A DNA stretch of 64,000 bases, from contig DATAJY010000005.1 of assembly GCA_036261885.1 (NCBI GenBank), positions 152,720 through 216,719 of the forward strand, given 5' to 3'. The stretch's first letter is position 1. Each line of letters begins with the position of its first letter. Both the position numbers and the translations under genes were made by a program. Positions 1-8,614 of this stretch are shown one piece after another. Source of the stretch: Thermoanaerobaculia bacterium. Lineage in GTDB: Bacteria; Acidobacteriota; Thermoanaerobaculia; Gp7-AA8. The notes below the pieces were generated by a model. The model ran no database searches and was not told the origin of the DNA. It saw nothing but the letters and a program-made list of their open reading frames with translations.

Positions 1-2
1 GC

Positions 3-107
3 GCGTTTCACGAAGTCCATCTGCCGCAGCGCATCGCCAACCTGCGCGCGCGGCTCGAGGACTCGACCCCCGCCGGAATGGAGACCGGAATCATCTTCGC
101 CGATTAG
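3..107 (+). CDS. 3' end of an upstream gene (partial CDS, C-terminus '...LEDSTPAGMETGIIFAD*')
   Basis: Open frame runs from the window edge to TAG at 105-107. Codon usage looks GC3-rich like neighbouring genes. No recognisable domain. Confidence 0.25.
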   Translation, partial: AFHEVHLPQRIANLRARLEDSTPAGMETGIIFAD

Positions 108-133
108 CGAATCACGATTGCAGGAGACCGATC

Positions 134-1480
134 ATGCATGGCGATTTTTCACGCAACCCTCTCTTCGCCCGCGGCGCGATGTCGCGCGTTCTGATGCAGC
201 AGGGACGCGTTCAGCTCGACTCCGACTGGAACGAGCAGACCGAACTGACGCTGCGCGCGCTGCGCACGGCCGTCCGCGATCTCATCGGCCCGCACGGCGG
301 CGCCGGAACCGCGTTCGAGATCAGCGTCGATCCGGGGCAGCAGTTCCGCTTCCGCATCGGACATGGGCATTACTACGTCGATGGTCTGCTCGCCGATAAC
401 GGCCAGGCCGTGCCCGTGCGCACGCGCGGCGGCGGTCCGGCCACCGGCGGAGGCGCGGGTACACCGCCTCCCCCCGCCACCGCGAATGGCATTCTCTATT
501 CGGAGCAGCCCTTCTTCCCCGGCGTCGCGCCGAATGCGCCGCACTTCGATACGACCGTCGATCAACTCGTCTATCTCGATGTGTGGGAGCGTCACGTCTC
601 CGCGGCCGAAGAGGACTCGCTGCGCGAAGTGGCGCTGCTCGGTCCGGATACCGCCAGCCGCGCGGAAATCGTCTGGCAGGTGCGCGTGCTCGACCTGACC
701 AATCGCGACGCGGTCTTTCAACAGAACGATCCGTACGATGCACTGCACGAGATTCTCGATGCGCGTGTGACGCTGCGCGCGCAGGCGGTGAAGAACACCG
801 ACACCGATCCCTGCATCATCTCGCCCGAGTCGCGCTATCGCGGCGACAACCGTCTCTATCGCGTCGAGATTCACGACGCGCAGAAGGGGACGTTCAAATG
901 GTCGTCCGACAACGCGTCGATCTCGTATCCCGTCCGCAACATCGAGGGCACCACCATCGAGCTCGACTCCCTCGGACGCGACAATCGCACCGCGATCTCG
1001 ATCGGCGACTGGGTCGAAGTGGTCGATGAAGAATCGTCGCTGCTCTCCCGCGCGTACGAGCTCGCGCAGGTCGTCGCCGTCGATCGCTCGCGTCTCGAGA
1101 TCACCGTCGACGCGCCGCTGCAGAATCCGGTCGAGCCGGCCACGTCGCGGCGGACCATTCTCCGCCGCTGGGCCACGAAGCCGATCGAGATCGATCTGGC
1201 CACCGATCCGACGCAGGAGTGGTTCGATCTCTCCGACGGCGTGAGCGTGCAGTTCTCGGCGCCGAAAGATACGCCGCGCTATCGCACCGGCGACTACTGG
1301 CTCATCCCGGCGCGCTCGGCCACGGGCGACGTGGTCTGGCCGAAGGAAGGCAACGTCCCGGCCCAACTACCGCCGCACGGCATCGAACATCACTACGCAC
1401 CGCTGGCATTGTGGAAGGCGGCGTCGCAGTCCTTCGATGGAACGCTCCGCAAGACGTACAAGTATTTGACGGAAGGGTGA
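134..1480 (+). CDS. conserved hypothetical protein (448 aa), N-terminus 'MHGDFSRNPLF...VLMQQGRVQLDSDWNEQ'
   Basis: ATG at 134 with AGGAG 8 nt upstream. Long GC3-biased ORF. The N-terminal motif looks like a recurring conserved-hypothetical family, but I cannot name it with certainty. Confidence 0.6.
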   Translation: MHGDFSRNPLFARGAMSRVLMQQGRVQLDSDWNEQTELTLRALRTAVRDLIGPHGGAGTAFEISVDPGQQFRFRIGHGHYYVDGLLADNGQAVPVRTRGGGPATGGGAGTPPPPATANGILYSEQPFFPGVAPNAPHFDTTVDQLVYLDVWERHVSAAEEDSLREVALLGPDTASRAEIVWQVRVLDLTNRDAVFQQNDPYDALHEILDARVTLRAQAVKNTDTDPCIISPESRYRGDNRLYRVEIHDAQKGTFKWSSDNASISYPVRNIEGTTIELDSLGRDNRTAISIGDWVEVVDEESSLLSRAYELAQVVAVDRSRLEITVDAPLQNPVEPATSRRTILRRWATKPIEIDLATDPTQEWFDLSDGVSVQFSAPKDTPRYRTGDYWLIPARSATGDVVWPKEGNVPAQLPPHGIEHHYAPLALWKAASQSFDGTLRKTYKYLTEG

Positions 1481-1580
1481 GAGGAGGGAGAGGCGTTCCG
1501 ACGGCGAGGCACCTTTCGGCTTGGGTGGTTGGACGGACGGGTGGACCTGGTCCGTAAAATGAACCCAAGGAGAAACTCGC

Positions 1581-1841
1581 ATGAAGAAGGTTCGACTTGG
1601 TTTCCTCGGAGCCTTGGTTCTCGGTGCTCTTCCCCTGCTTGCTGATCCCGAATGCCGTACGTGCCGCTATGAGAATCAAGGCGGAGATGGCATCGAGCTT
1701 TACTGCAAAGTGGCGGAGAACGGCGAATTCGGCGGTCTGCAATGTGAAGTCATTACGCGCCAGACGCCGCGAGGTGGAACGATCGTCGACTGCAACACCA
1801 GCGACTTCTGCACGGTTCTGGTGGTGGAAGTCAATCCGTGA
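1581..1841 (+). CDS. small secreted cysteine-rich protein (86 aa)
   Basis: AAGGAG RBS, then signal peptide 'MKKVRLGFLGALVLGALPLLA', then 6 Cys ('PECRTCRYEN...CKV...CEV...DCNTSDFC'). The stop overlaps the GTG start of the next gene (GTGA). Confidence 0.55.
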   Translation: MKKVRLGFLGALVLGALPLLADPECRTCRYENQGGDGIELYCKVAENGEFGGLQCEVITRQTPRGGTIVDCNTSDFCTVLVVEVNP

Positions 1842-3940
1842 TTTCCCGGTCGCTCCTGGCGCTCCTGCTCCTCACCGGCGCGGCTCACGCCGCGCCGGTT
1901 CGTTTGGTCGACGCAGAAGGAACGCGCGTCGTCATCGATGGCCAGCTCGTGACGACTTCCGGCGTCATCGAAGTTCGCGCGGGCGAGGCGGACGTGCCGG
2001 TTGATGGACCGCCGGTGGACGTGCGGCTCGTGGCGAAAGGATGGTGGGCCCTCCCCGCGTCCGTGAGCGTGGCCGGCACGGAGTTGCGGGTCTGGAAAAG
2101 CGGCACGCTGACCGGACGGGCCGTCGTGGCGACGGGTGCGCAGCGACCGGCGACGTTTCAGGCAGTCGTCGAAGTGCCGCCGCATGCCGGGACGACGTCT
2201 TCGTTGCCGCGGGGGACGAAGTTCGATTGCGCGATGACGGCGGACGATCACTTCTCGTGCGAACTGCCGGCGACGACGCTCGATCTCGTCTTTCGTTCGA
2301 AGGGCCTGACGCCGCAGTATCGGTGGAAGGTCGAGATTCCTTCCGGCGCCACGCGCGACGTCGGAACCGTGCGCTGGCAGCCGGGCGCTTCGATCGTCGT
2401 CTGGCTCGAACGCGATTCGGCGAAGGCCGCGGCGGAAAAAGGAGCCAGGGCGATTCTCACGCGCATGACGAGCGGCGATCCTTCGGCGACGAGTGCGAAT
2501 CTGGCCGTGCCGGTCGCGGAAGCGGCTTTCGATGTGCGTGGCCACGCGCAACTCGCACCGCTCAGCGCCGGACTCTATCGCCTCGAAGTGGCGGCGCCCG
2601 GGTTCGCGCGCGCGAGCATTTCGCCGATCGAAGTGTTCGAGGGAAGCGAGAGCGTGCTGCGCAAGCCGATCGTGCTCGAACCGCCGGTTCGCATCACGCT
2701 CGCGCTGCATCCCGCGTTGGATTTTCAGGGCGAACGCTGGCGCGTCTCGTTCCGGAGATTGCCCGATGCGGCGTCTCCGATGTCCGGCAACAGGCGCGAA
2801 TTGCGCGCCGACGAAAGCGGCGAGGTCGCGATCGAAGGGGAGTCACCGGGACGATTTCGGGCCACGGTTTCGGACGCTGACGGGAACCGGCTGGTGTCGC
2901 ATGAGTTCCAGGTCACGAGCGCGATCGATGCGCGCCAGGAGCTCACGCTCGAACGACATCCCGTCGAAGGGACGGTGATGCTCGGCGAGCGGCCACTCGC
3001 CGCGGAGGTCATTTTCGGCACCGCCGACGGTGCCGAAAGGCTCACGCTCACCTCCGACGACGAAGGCAAATTCACCGGCGCGATCAGCCGCCTCGGCAGG
3101 TGGATGGTGGAGATTCGTGCGCCCGACCGCGCGATTCGCACCATTCGTACCGTCACACTCGTCAAAGACGAGCCGGTGATGCTTCGACTCGAAGACGGAC
3201 AGATCGCCGGACACGTCGTCGACGAAGAGGGCAAGCCCGTCAGGGCGACGATCGTCGTGTCGAACGGACCAATTGCCGAGACGCACCAGACTGATGCCGG
3301 GGGTGCGTTTCGCATCGGCGGTCTCGCAGGAAGCGTGCGTTTGAAAGCGAATGCCTCACGCGATCGGGAGAGCGCGGCGCTGATCGTCGACGTCACCGGC
3401 AACAAGCACGTCGACGACCTGACGTTGCGTCTCGACGGACGTCGTGACGTGCAGGGGCGTGTCGTCGTCGACGGTCAATCGCTTCCCGGCGCCGCCGTAT
3501 CGGTTTATCCCGAGAGTGGTGGTGCGGTGATGCGCGCGACGACCGATCTCGAAGGACGCTTCCGCGTGACCGTGCGCGATCAGGAGTCGTTCGTCACGTA
3601 CGTCGTGGCCGCGGCCGGACGAACGATCGCCGCGTTCCGGCGTCCCGCGGGTGAAGAGGCGACGCTCGCGCTCGACGCCGCCGGCGGTGAAGTCCTCGTG
3701 CTCCCCGGCGAATCCGATCAGATCACGCTGTTGCACAACGGCGCCCGGATTCCGCTGCAGGAAGTGTTGCGATGGAATCGCGCGAACGGCCGCGATCTCT
3801 TTGATCGCGATGGCAATCTCACGATTGCGAACGTCGCACGCGGAACGATTCGCGCGTGTGCACCGACGAAAGCGCGCGGCGAAGTCTGCAGGGACGCATT
3901 GCTGGTGCCTCGTGGTTCCGTGACACTCGATCTGCGCTGA
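1838..3940 (+). CDS. secreted protein with multiple carboxypeptidase-regulatory-like / Ig-like beta-sandwich repeats (700 aa)
   Basis: GTG start overlapping the upstream stop. Signal peptide 'MISRSLLALLLLTGAAHA'. Reiterated 'G(H/R)VVD..GKPV..A.V' and 'VRAPGF'-like motifs typical of the CarbopepD_reg fold. Confidence 0.7.
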   Translation: MISRSLLALLLLTGAAHAAPVRLVDAEGTRVVIDGQLVTTSGVIEVRAGEADVPVDGPPVDVRLVAKGWWALPASVSVAGTELRVWKSGTLTGRAVVATGAQRPATFQAVVEVPPHAGTTSSLPRGTKFDCAMTADDHFSCELPATTLDLVFRSKGLTPQYRWKVEIPSGATRDVGTVRWQPGASIVVWLERDSAKAAAEKGARAILTRMTSGDPSATSANLAVPVAEAAFDVRGHAQLAPLSAGLYRLEVAAPGFARASISPIEVFEGSESVLRKPIVLEPPVRITLALHPALDFQGERWRVSFRRLPDAASPMSGNRRELRADESGEVAIEGESPGRFRATVSDADGNRLVSHEFQVTSAIDARQELTLERHPVEGTVMLGERPLAAEVIFGTADGAERLTLTSDDEGKFTGAISRLGRWMVEIRAPDRAIRTIRTVTLVKDEPVMLRLEDGQIAGHVVDEEGKPVRATIVVSNGPIAETHQTDAGGAFRIGGLAGSVRLKANASRDRESAALIVDVTGNKHVDDLTLRLDGRRDVQGRVVVDGQSLPGAAVSVYPESGGAVMRATTDLEGRFRVTVRDQESFVTYVVAAAGRTIAAFRRPAGEEATLALDAAGGEVLVLPGESDQITLLHNGARIPLQEVLRWNRANGRDLFDRDGNLTIANVARGTIRACAPTKARGEVCRDALLVPRGSVTLDLR

Positions 3941-3962
3941 GCGACTCCAACCGAAACAATAA

Positions 3963-3987
3963 GAGGCTGCCCGAAACGGGCAGCCTC
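3963..3987. terminator. bidirectional intrinsic terminator hairpin between convergent genes
   Basis: Perfect 10-bp stem GAGGCTGCCC / GGGCAGCCTC with loop GAAAC. T-rich stretch on the minus-strand side (ttattgtttcgg) and tctctattcg on the plus side. Confidence 0.5.
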
Positions 3988-4005
3988 AGTTCGAACGATT
4001 CGTCT

Positions 4006-4332
4006 CTATTCGAACTCGATGGCCACTTCGTCTTCGCAGAAATCGAATTCCTGCGGTTCCGACTCTTCGCCGTTCGCGAAGACGGCCTTGAAGAACTGGT
4101 CGCAGCTTTCGCCGTTCGTCGACGAGTCCCACACGAGCTTGACCGTCTTGCCCGGCGCGATGCCGGCGCCGATGTCGAAGAAGCCGTACTTGTTGCCGTC
4201 TTCCGAGACGAGGATCTTCTTGATCGGGGTGTCGGTGTTGTTCGTGACGGTGAACGAATACTCCTCGGCCGAGGCGGTGGCGCTCAGCAGGAGCGTGGCG
4301 GCGGCGGCGAGAACGAGACCTTTGATTTTCAT
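4006..4332 (-). CDS. small secreted protein (108 aa)
   Basis: ATG at 4332 with GAAAGGA RBS. Signal peptide 'MKIKGLVLAAAATLLLSATASA'. Mature part is acidic with 2 Cys. Confidence 0.6.
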   Translation of the reverse strand: MKIKGLVLAAAATLLLSATASAEEYSFTVTNNTDTPIKKILVSEDGNKYGFFDIGAGIAPGKTVKLVWDSSTNGESCDQFFKAVFANGEESEPQEFDFCEDEVAIEFE

Positions 4333-4360
4333 TTGATTTTCCTTTCTCTCTGTACAGCAT

Positions 4361-4383
4361 TCGTCGCGGTCGCGCCGCGACGA
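4361..4383. terminator. GC hairpin (tcgtcgcgg-tcgcg-ccgcgacga) just downstream of the channel gene's stop
   Basis: 9-bp perfect inverted repeat immediately after the stop of the 4400..6379 minus-strand gene. It also lies in the 5' UTR of the 4006..4332 gene. Confidence 0.35.
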
Positions 4384-4399
4384 AATCTCATGGATTGCT

Positions 4400-6379
4400 T
4401 CAGTCTTCCGCGACGACGATGACGCGGTCTTCCGCTCCGAACGACACCGTGTCGCTCTTGCGCGGATTCACGCGCACGCCGTCGGTGCTGCCGTTGTTCC
4501 CGCTGGCCACGCGGTAGCCGATGGCCACTTCGCCGCGGCGGCGGGCCGCTTCCACGACGTGCCAGTACGACACCGGTTTGCCGAGGACGACGTAGTCCGA
4601 CATCGGCCGCAGGTAGATCTCCGAACCGTCGGAGTCGAAGATGTCGTCGAACACCGCGCGCAGATCACGGTTCTCGGTGACCTGGGCGACGAGAAGGCTG
4701 GTGAGGTTCTCGCTGACGATGAAGTCGTCGGCCTGCGTGACTTCGGCGAGCTCGCGATTGCGGGCATCGAGCATTTCGCTGACGATCGAATAGCGGTTCG
4801 TGCCGCTCTTCGCTTCGATGTCGCGCAGGTGCAGCAGCGTCACGAGCGTGCGCGCGTCCGCTTTCTGCACCGGCAGGTCGTCGGCGTAGCAGAGCACGAC
4901 GATGTGCTGATACTGCTCCGGATCGACGCTCTCGATCGTCTCGCGATCGCTGGAGTCGCCGCGGCGGAAGTCGAGCGACTGCCGCGACAGGCGCGGCCGC
5001 AGCGCCTCGATTCCTTCCTCGATTCCGGGCGCATCGGCCACCACGGTCATGAGCGAGCCGGGGGCGACGTAGTTGTCGAGCTCCCGAATGATGATCGGTG
5101 CGCGTGCGCTCCAGCCGAGGAGCAGAGTCTTCTCCGGCGTCTCGACGGAGTTGCGTTTCTCGACCATGAGCGATGCGTCGATCGACGGGGTGTGTCTGGT
5201 GATCTGAATCGCGGCCGCGTCGGCGGCGATGACGATCGCCTCGTCGCCCGGCGCGAAGCGACGATCCATCGGCGGATTGAGCTGCACGATGCCGTCGGCC
5301 GTCTTCACGCCGATGATCGAGCAGCTGTCGAAGGCGAACAGTGAATCGGCGAACGAGAGGTTGTCGAGCGCGGCGTCGCGCTTGAAGTAGATCTCGTCGC
5401 CGCCGTAATCGAGGAGCTCCGTGTAGACGCCCGACAAACCGGTCTGGCGGCAGGTCTGGGCCACGACGCGGGCGATGGTCTCGCCGGTCTCGATGAGCTG
5501 CGCTTCGTCGCGGCCGACCAGGCGGGCCGGCTCCATGTTGCGGCGCTCGCGGATCTCCGCGACGATGTGGAACTTCTCTTCGCGCCGTTCCGGATGATTC
5601 GTCACGGCGAGGATGGTCTTGATCACTTCGGCATCGGGGTCGTCGCCGTCCGGGGAGAGCACGACGATGGCGCGCGCGGCGTTGAAGTTGACGATCTTCA
5701 GATCGCCGAGATCGATCGGCGTGCCGCGGCGGCAGACGATGCGCGTCGTCTTCGTGTCGGCGATGCGCTCGCGCACTTCATCGTCCATCGACACCTTGTC
5801 GCGGTCGGCCATGATCACGATCACGTTCCGCTTGCGATGTTCATTGCCGAGAATCAGCTCCCCGACGATCGAGAAGATGCGGTCGTTCCAGCCGAGGATG
5901 ACCACGTGATCGGTTTCTGCGACGACGGAGCGCCCTTTGCGCAGCTCTTCGATCTGATTGCCGACGCCGTTCGAGATGAGACCGATCAGCGTGCCGACGA
6001 TGAACACACCGCCGAGCGTGACGAGCAGCATCATCACCAGATACGCCGCCGAACCGGTGTCACCGCCCATCGTCCCCGCGTCGAGCGTGCGCATCAGGTT
6101 GTGCCACATCAGATCGGGGAACGAGAGAGCCGCGCCGTTTTCGCCGGCCGGCACCGCGCCGATCAGCGTCAGGAGAATCGACGCGAGCGCGAGAAAGGCG
6201 ATGGTGAGAATGGCCAGCCAGGCGATGAGCGCCGGCGTGCCTTTGGACAACGTGTTGTCGAATGCGTAGCGCAAACGCTGACGCAGCGTGAAGGTTTTCA
6301 CCGGGCACCTCTCGAATTGTGTTTTCGGACCGCGCCGGCACGGTAACAGAAAAGGTTCAGCCGCGTAACAGGAGAACAC
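4400..6379 (-). CDS. CASTOR/POLLUX (DMI1)-like cation channel with tandem RCK/TrkA-N domains (659 aa)
   Basis: N-terminal TM helices and a pore-like segment 'LDAGTMGGDTG', followed by 'VVILGWNDRIFSIVGELI' and a second 'LLLGWSARAPIIIREL' Rossmann/RCK unit. The start here is GTG; the true start is uncertain. Confidence 0.65.
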   Translation of the reverse strand: MFSCYAAEPFLLPCRRGPKTQFERCPVKTFTLRQRLRYAFDNTLSKGTPALIAWLAILTIAFLALASILLTLIGAVPAGENGAALSFPDLMWHNLMRTLDAGTMGGDTGSAAYLVMMLLVTLGGVFIVGTLIGLISNGVGNQIEELRKGRSVVAETDHVVILGWNDRIFSIVGELILGNEHRKRNVIVIMADRDKVSMDDEVRERIADTKTTRIVCRRGTPIDLGDLKIVNFNAARAIVVLSPDGDDPDAEVIKTILAVTNHPERREEKFHIVAEIRERRNMEPARLVGRDEAQLIETGETIARVVAQTCRQTGLSGVYTELLDYGGDEIYFKRDAALDNLSFADSLFAFDSCSIIGVKTADGIVQLNPPMDRRFAPGDEAIVIAADAAAIQITRHTPSIDASLMVEKRNSVETPEKTLLLGWSARAPIIIRELDNYVAPGSLMTVVADAPGIEEGIEALRPRLSRQSLDFRRGDSSDRETIESVDPEQYQHIVVLCYADDLPVQKADARTLVTLLHLRDIEAKSGTNRYSIVSEMLDARNRELAEVTQADDFIVSENLTSLLVAQVTENRDLRAVFDDIFDSDGSEIYLRPMSDYVVLGKPVSYWHVVEAARRRGEVAIGYRVASGNNGSTDGVRVNPRKSDTVSFGAEDRVIVVAED

Positions 6380-6688
6380 CTACGCCCGCGCGCGCGTGAG
6401 CGCACCTGTTCTTCCAGACCACGAATCGCGCGCTCATCGATCGTTACTTCGAGGGATGCCGTCGCGGCTGACGCGGTGGTGGGCATCGCAGTAACGCGCG
6501 CGTCGACGCGAAGCGGTGCTCCGGCGAAAGGGGTGTGTTACCGTTTCGCCGGTTCGCACCGATCCCCACAATTCGAGTTTTGCCCGCGACGAAAGGAGAT
6601 CGTCCATGTCCGTTCGCATCTGCGCGCGCCCGCTCGAGAGATGGAACGACGTGACTGATTACGTGAAGCCGGAATGGAGGAGTACAGG

Positions 6689-7234
6689 ATGTCTGCAATT
6701 CGTCTGGTGAATGAAGTTCCCGCGTCGGCCGCGGCCTCCGCGGAGTTTCGCGTGTCGCAGGGGAGCAATCAGATCGCGCGCATCGGTGTGCACAGCGGAG
6801 GGATGGCCTCGCTCCCGACGACGAGCTCGTGGCAGGTGCAAGCCTCGACCACGATGGGAGATTTCGCGCTGACCTCGAACGTGCTGGTGTTCACCGGCCC
6901 GTCGGCGGGCATCCTCGCGCAGGTGTTGAGCCAGGAAGGGTATTACGACTTTCAGATCGTCCAGTCGCCCGGCACGCACCCGTCGGCCATCGTGCTCGAG
7001 AACACGTGGCGGAATCCGGTGCAGTTCCAGCTCACGCAGCCGGGCACGCCGACGCAGATCGTGCAGGTCGTCGACGAACACAACAACACGATCGTCATCA
7101 CGGCGCAGGAGTGGTCGGTCTATGCGATCGTCAACGGCATCACCACGCCGAACGTCACGATCACCGATCCGAATGCGACCGTGACCGTGCGTCAGGACGA
7201 CAACGACGCCGGCTTCACGCTGGTCGTTTCGTAG
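6689..7234 (+). CDS. hypothetical protein (181 aa)
   Basis: ATG at 6689 preceded by GGAGG. GC3-rich frame. No recognisable motif. Confidence 0.5.
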   Translation: MSAIRLVNEVPASAAASAEFRVSQGSNQIARIGVHSGGMASLPTTSSWQVQASTTMGDFALTSNVLVFTGPSAGILAQVLSQEGYYDFQIVQSPGTHPSAIVLENTWRNPVQFQLTQPGTPTQIVQVVDEHNNTIVITAQEWSVYAIVNGITTPNVTITDPNATVTVRQDDNDAGFTLVVS

Positions 7235-7243
7235 CGGACTGCG

Positions 7244-8614
7244 TCACGGCGCCTGCCACCGCCCGTTCACCAGCGCCCTGGCGTGCAGATCGACTTCGGC
7301 CAGCCACGCGCCGCGCGTACCGACGCGGCTCAGCGGGCCGAATGAGATCGGCGGCGTCAGGGCCGTCGGGACGTTGTAGAAACCCTCCAGCGTCTCGACG
7401 AGTTTCTCGCGCGAGAGATCGCGGCCGGCGCGGCGCAATGCCTCGGCCAGAACTTTCGCGGCCGTCAGCGCCGCCGCGGCGGTCTGCGGATTCGCATCGG
7501 CGCGCGGCGTGAGCGTCTGCAACTCGCGAATGCCGGCGGCGGTGAGATGCGACGGCGCGGAAGGAAGCGCGACGACGAGCCGTCGATCGAGCGCGGCGGG
7601 AGCGGAGAAGAGCGCCTCGCCGGCGAATGACGACGGCACGAGGATGCGCGGCGGATCCGGAAACGTGGCCGCGGCGCGCAGCACTTCGTCGAGACGATTG
7701 GACGCGAGCAGCACGTTCTTCGCGTTGCGCATCGCATCGAGCGGCGTGGTGCTCTGCACTTCGAGCACGTCGTTTTCCGCGAACGCGCGCAAGGCCGCGA
7801 GCTCCTGCGCGGAACTGCCGAGGAGACGAAAGAGATATCGCTGCTCTGCCGCGTCGCCGGAGAAGGCGGCGATCGTCGGAAGCTCGCGCGATTCGAGCCA
7901 CGGCGCGAGCGACTCTTCCGCGCCGAGGAGCGAGCTGGCCGTGAGTGCGAACGGCTGCTCGGTGTCGAGAAACGTCTGCGCGGCGTCGCGGCGCTGAGTC
8001 GTCGCTGCGGGAAGCTCCGTGAAGCAGAGGTCGATGCGGCGGCCGTACAGGCCGCCCGCGCGATTGATGCTTTCGAAGAAACCGGAGACGACGTCGCGCA
8101 CGACGGCGGCGCGCGTGCGGTCGGGGGAGAGCAGCACGCCGATGCGGATCGCGTCGTCGGACAAACCGGGATCGCTGACGATGCCGAGCGTCTGCAGGTA
8201 GGCGACGAGATCGTCGGCATCGCGCGCCGACATCCGATAGCGCGGCATGACGCGATCGAGCTCGTTGCCGGCCGGATCGATGCCCATGGTGATGGCGCGC
8301 TTCAGGGTCGACGGCGTGTACGGCGGGTGCGTGCGCGACCCGATCGCATACGTTTTCGTCAGCTCGCTCCACTGCAGATTCGAAGGCTTCACGCCTCCTT
8401 CCGCGTTTCCGCGTCCGTCGTAGTCGTGGCAGTTCACGCAGCGCAGGACCGTCGCCGGAATGACCATCGTTCCTTCCGCGTCGGTGACCGCGTCGATGGC
8501 CGAGGAGCCTTCGCCGCGCACGTAGATCTTCTTGCCGTTCCGCGCATCGGCAGCGGTGGCCGTCAGCGCCAGCGCCAGCGTCGACGTCAGCAGCACGGCC
8601 GCAAGGCGCTTCAT
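7244..8614 (-). CDS. secreted cytochrome c domain fused to a periplasmic solute-binding (Peripla_BP_6/LivJ-like) domain (456 aa)
   Basis: Internal ATG at 8614 gives signal peptide 'MKRLAAVLLTSTLALALTATAADA' then haem motif 'CVNCH'. The remainder resembles type-I periplasmic binding proteins. The ATG overlaps the upstream SCO1 stop (ATGA). The 717-aa upstream extension in the ORF track is Arg-rich junk. Confidence 0.65.
   Translation of the reverse strand: MKRLAAVLLTSTLALALTATAADARNGKKIYVRGEGSSAIDAVTDAEGTMVIPATVLRCVNCHDYDGRGNAEGGVKPSNLQWSELTKTYAIGSRTHPPYTPSTLKRAITMGIDPAGNELDRVMPRYRMSARDADDLVAYLQTLGIVSDPGLSDDAIRIGVLLSPDRTRAAVVRDVVSGFFESINRAGGLYGRRIDLCFTELPAATTQRRDAAQTFLDTEQPFALTASSLLGAEESLAPWLESRELPTIAAFSGDAAEQRYLFRLLGSSAQELAALRAFAENDVLEVQSTTPLDAMRNAKNVLLASNRLDEVLRAAATFPDPPRILVPSSFAGEALFSAPAALDRRLVVALPSAPSHLTAAGIRELQTLTPRADANPQTAAAALTAAKVLAEALRRAGRDLSREKLVETLEGFYNVPTALTPPISFGPLSRVGTRGAWLAEVDLHARALVNGRWQAP

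Noticed and set aside
149-1366. 405-aa antisense ORF opposite the 134..1480 gene, and many similar long ORFs elsewhere (1700..2710 -, 13417..16806 -, 17524..18504 -, 18604..20361 -, 20731..22701 -, 9730..10965 -, 36332..37516 +, 47649..50249 -, 52539..55526 +, 59819..60861 -).
   Set aside because: In ~70% GC DNA, stop codons are rare on non-coding frames. These translations are Arg/Ala/Gly-rich low-complexity with no motifs, and they overlap well-supported genes with clear domains and GC3 bias.
6380-6688. Possible riboswitch or sRNA in the 310-bp gap upstream of the 6689 gene (contains hairpin CCGGCGAAAGG...CGTTTCGCCGG).
   Set aside because: It is a single moderate hairpin with no recognisable riboswitch consensus. 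I retain it only as unexplained non-coding space, with too little evidence to call a feature.
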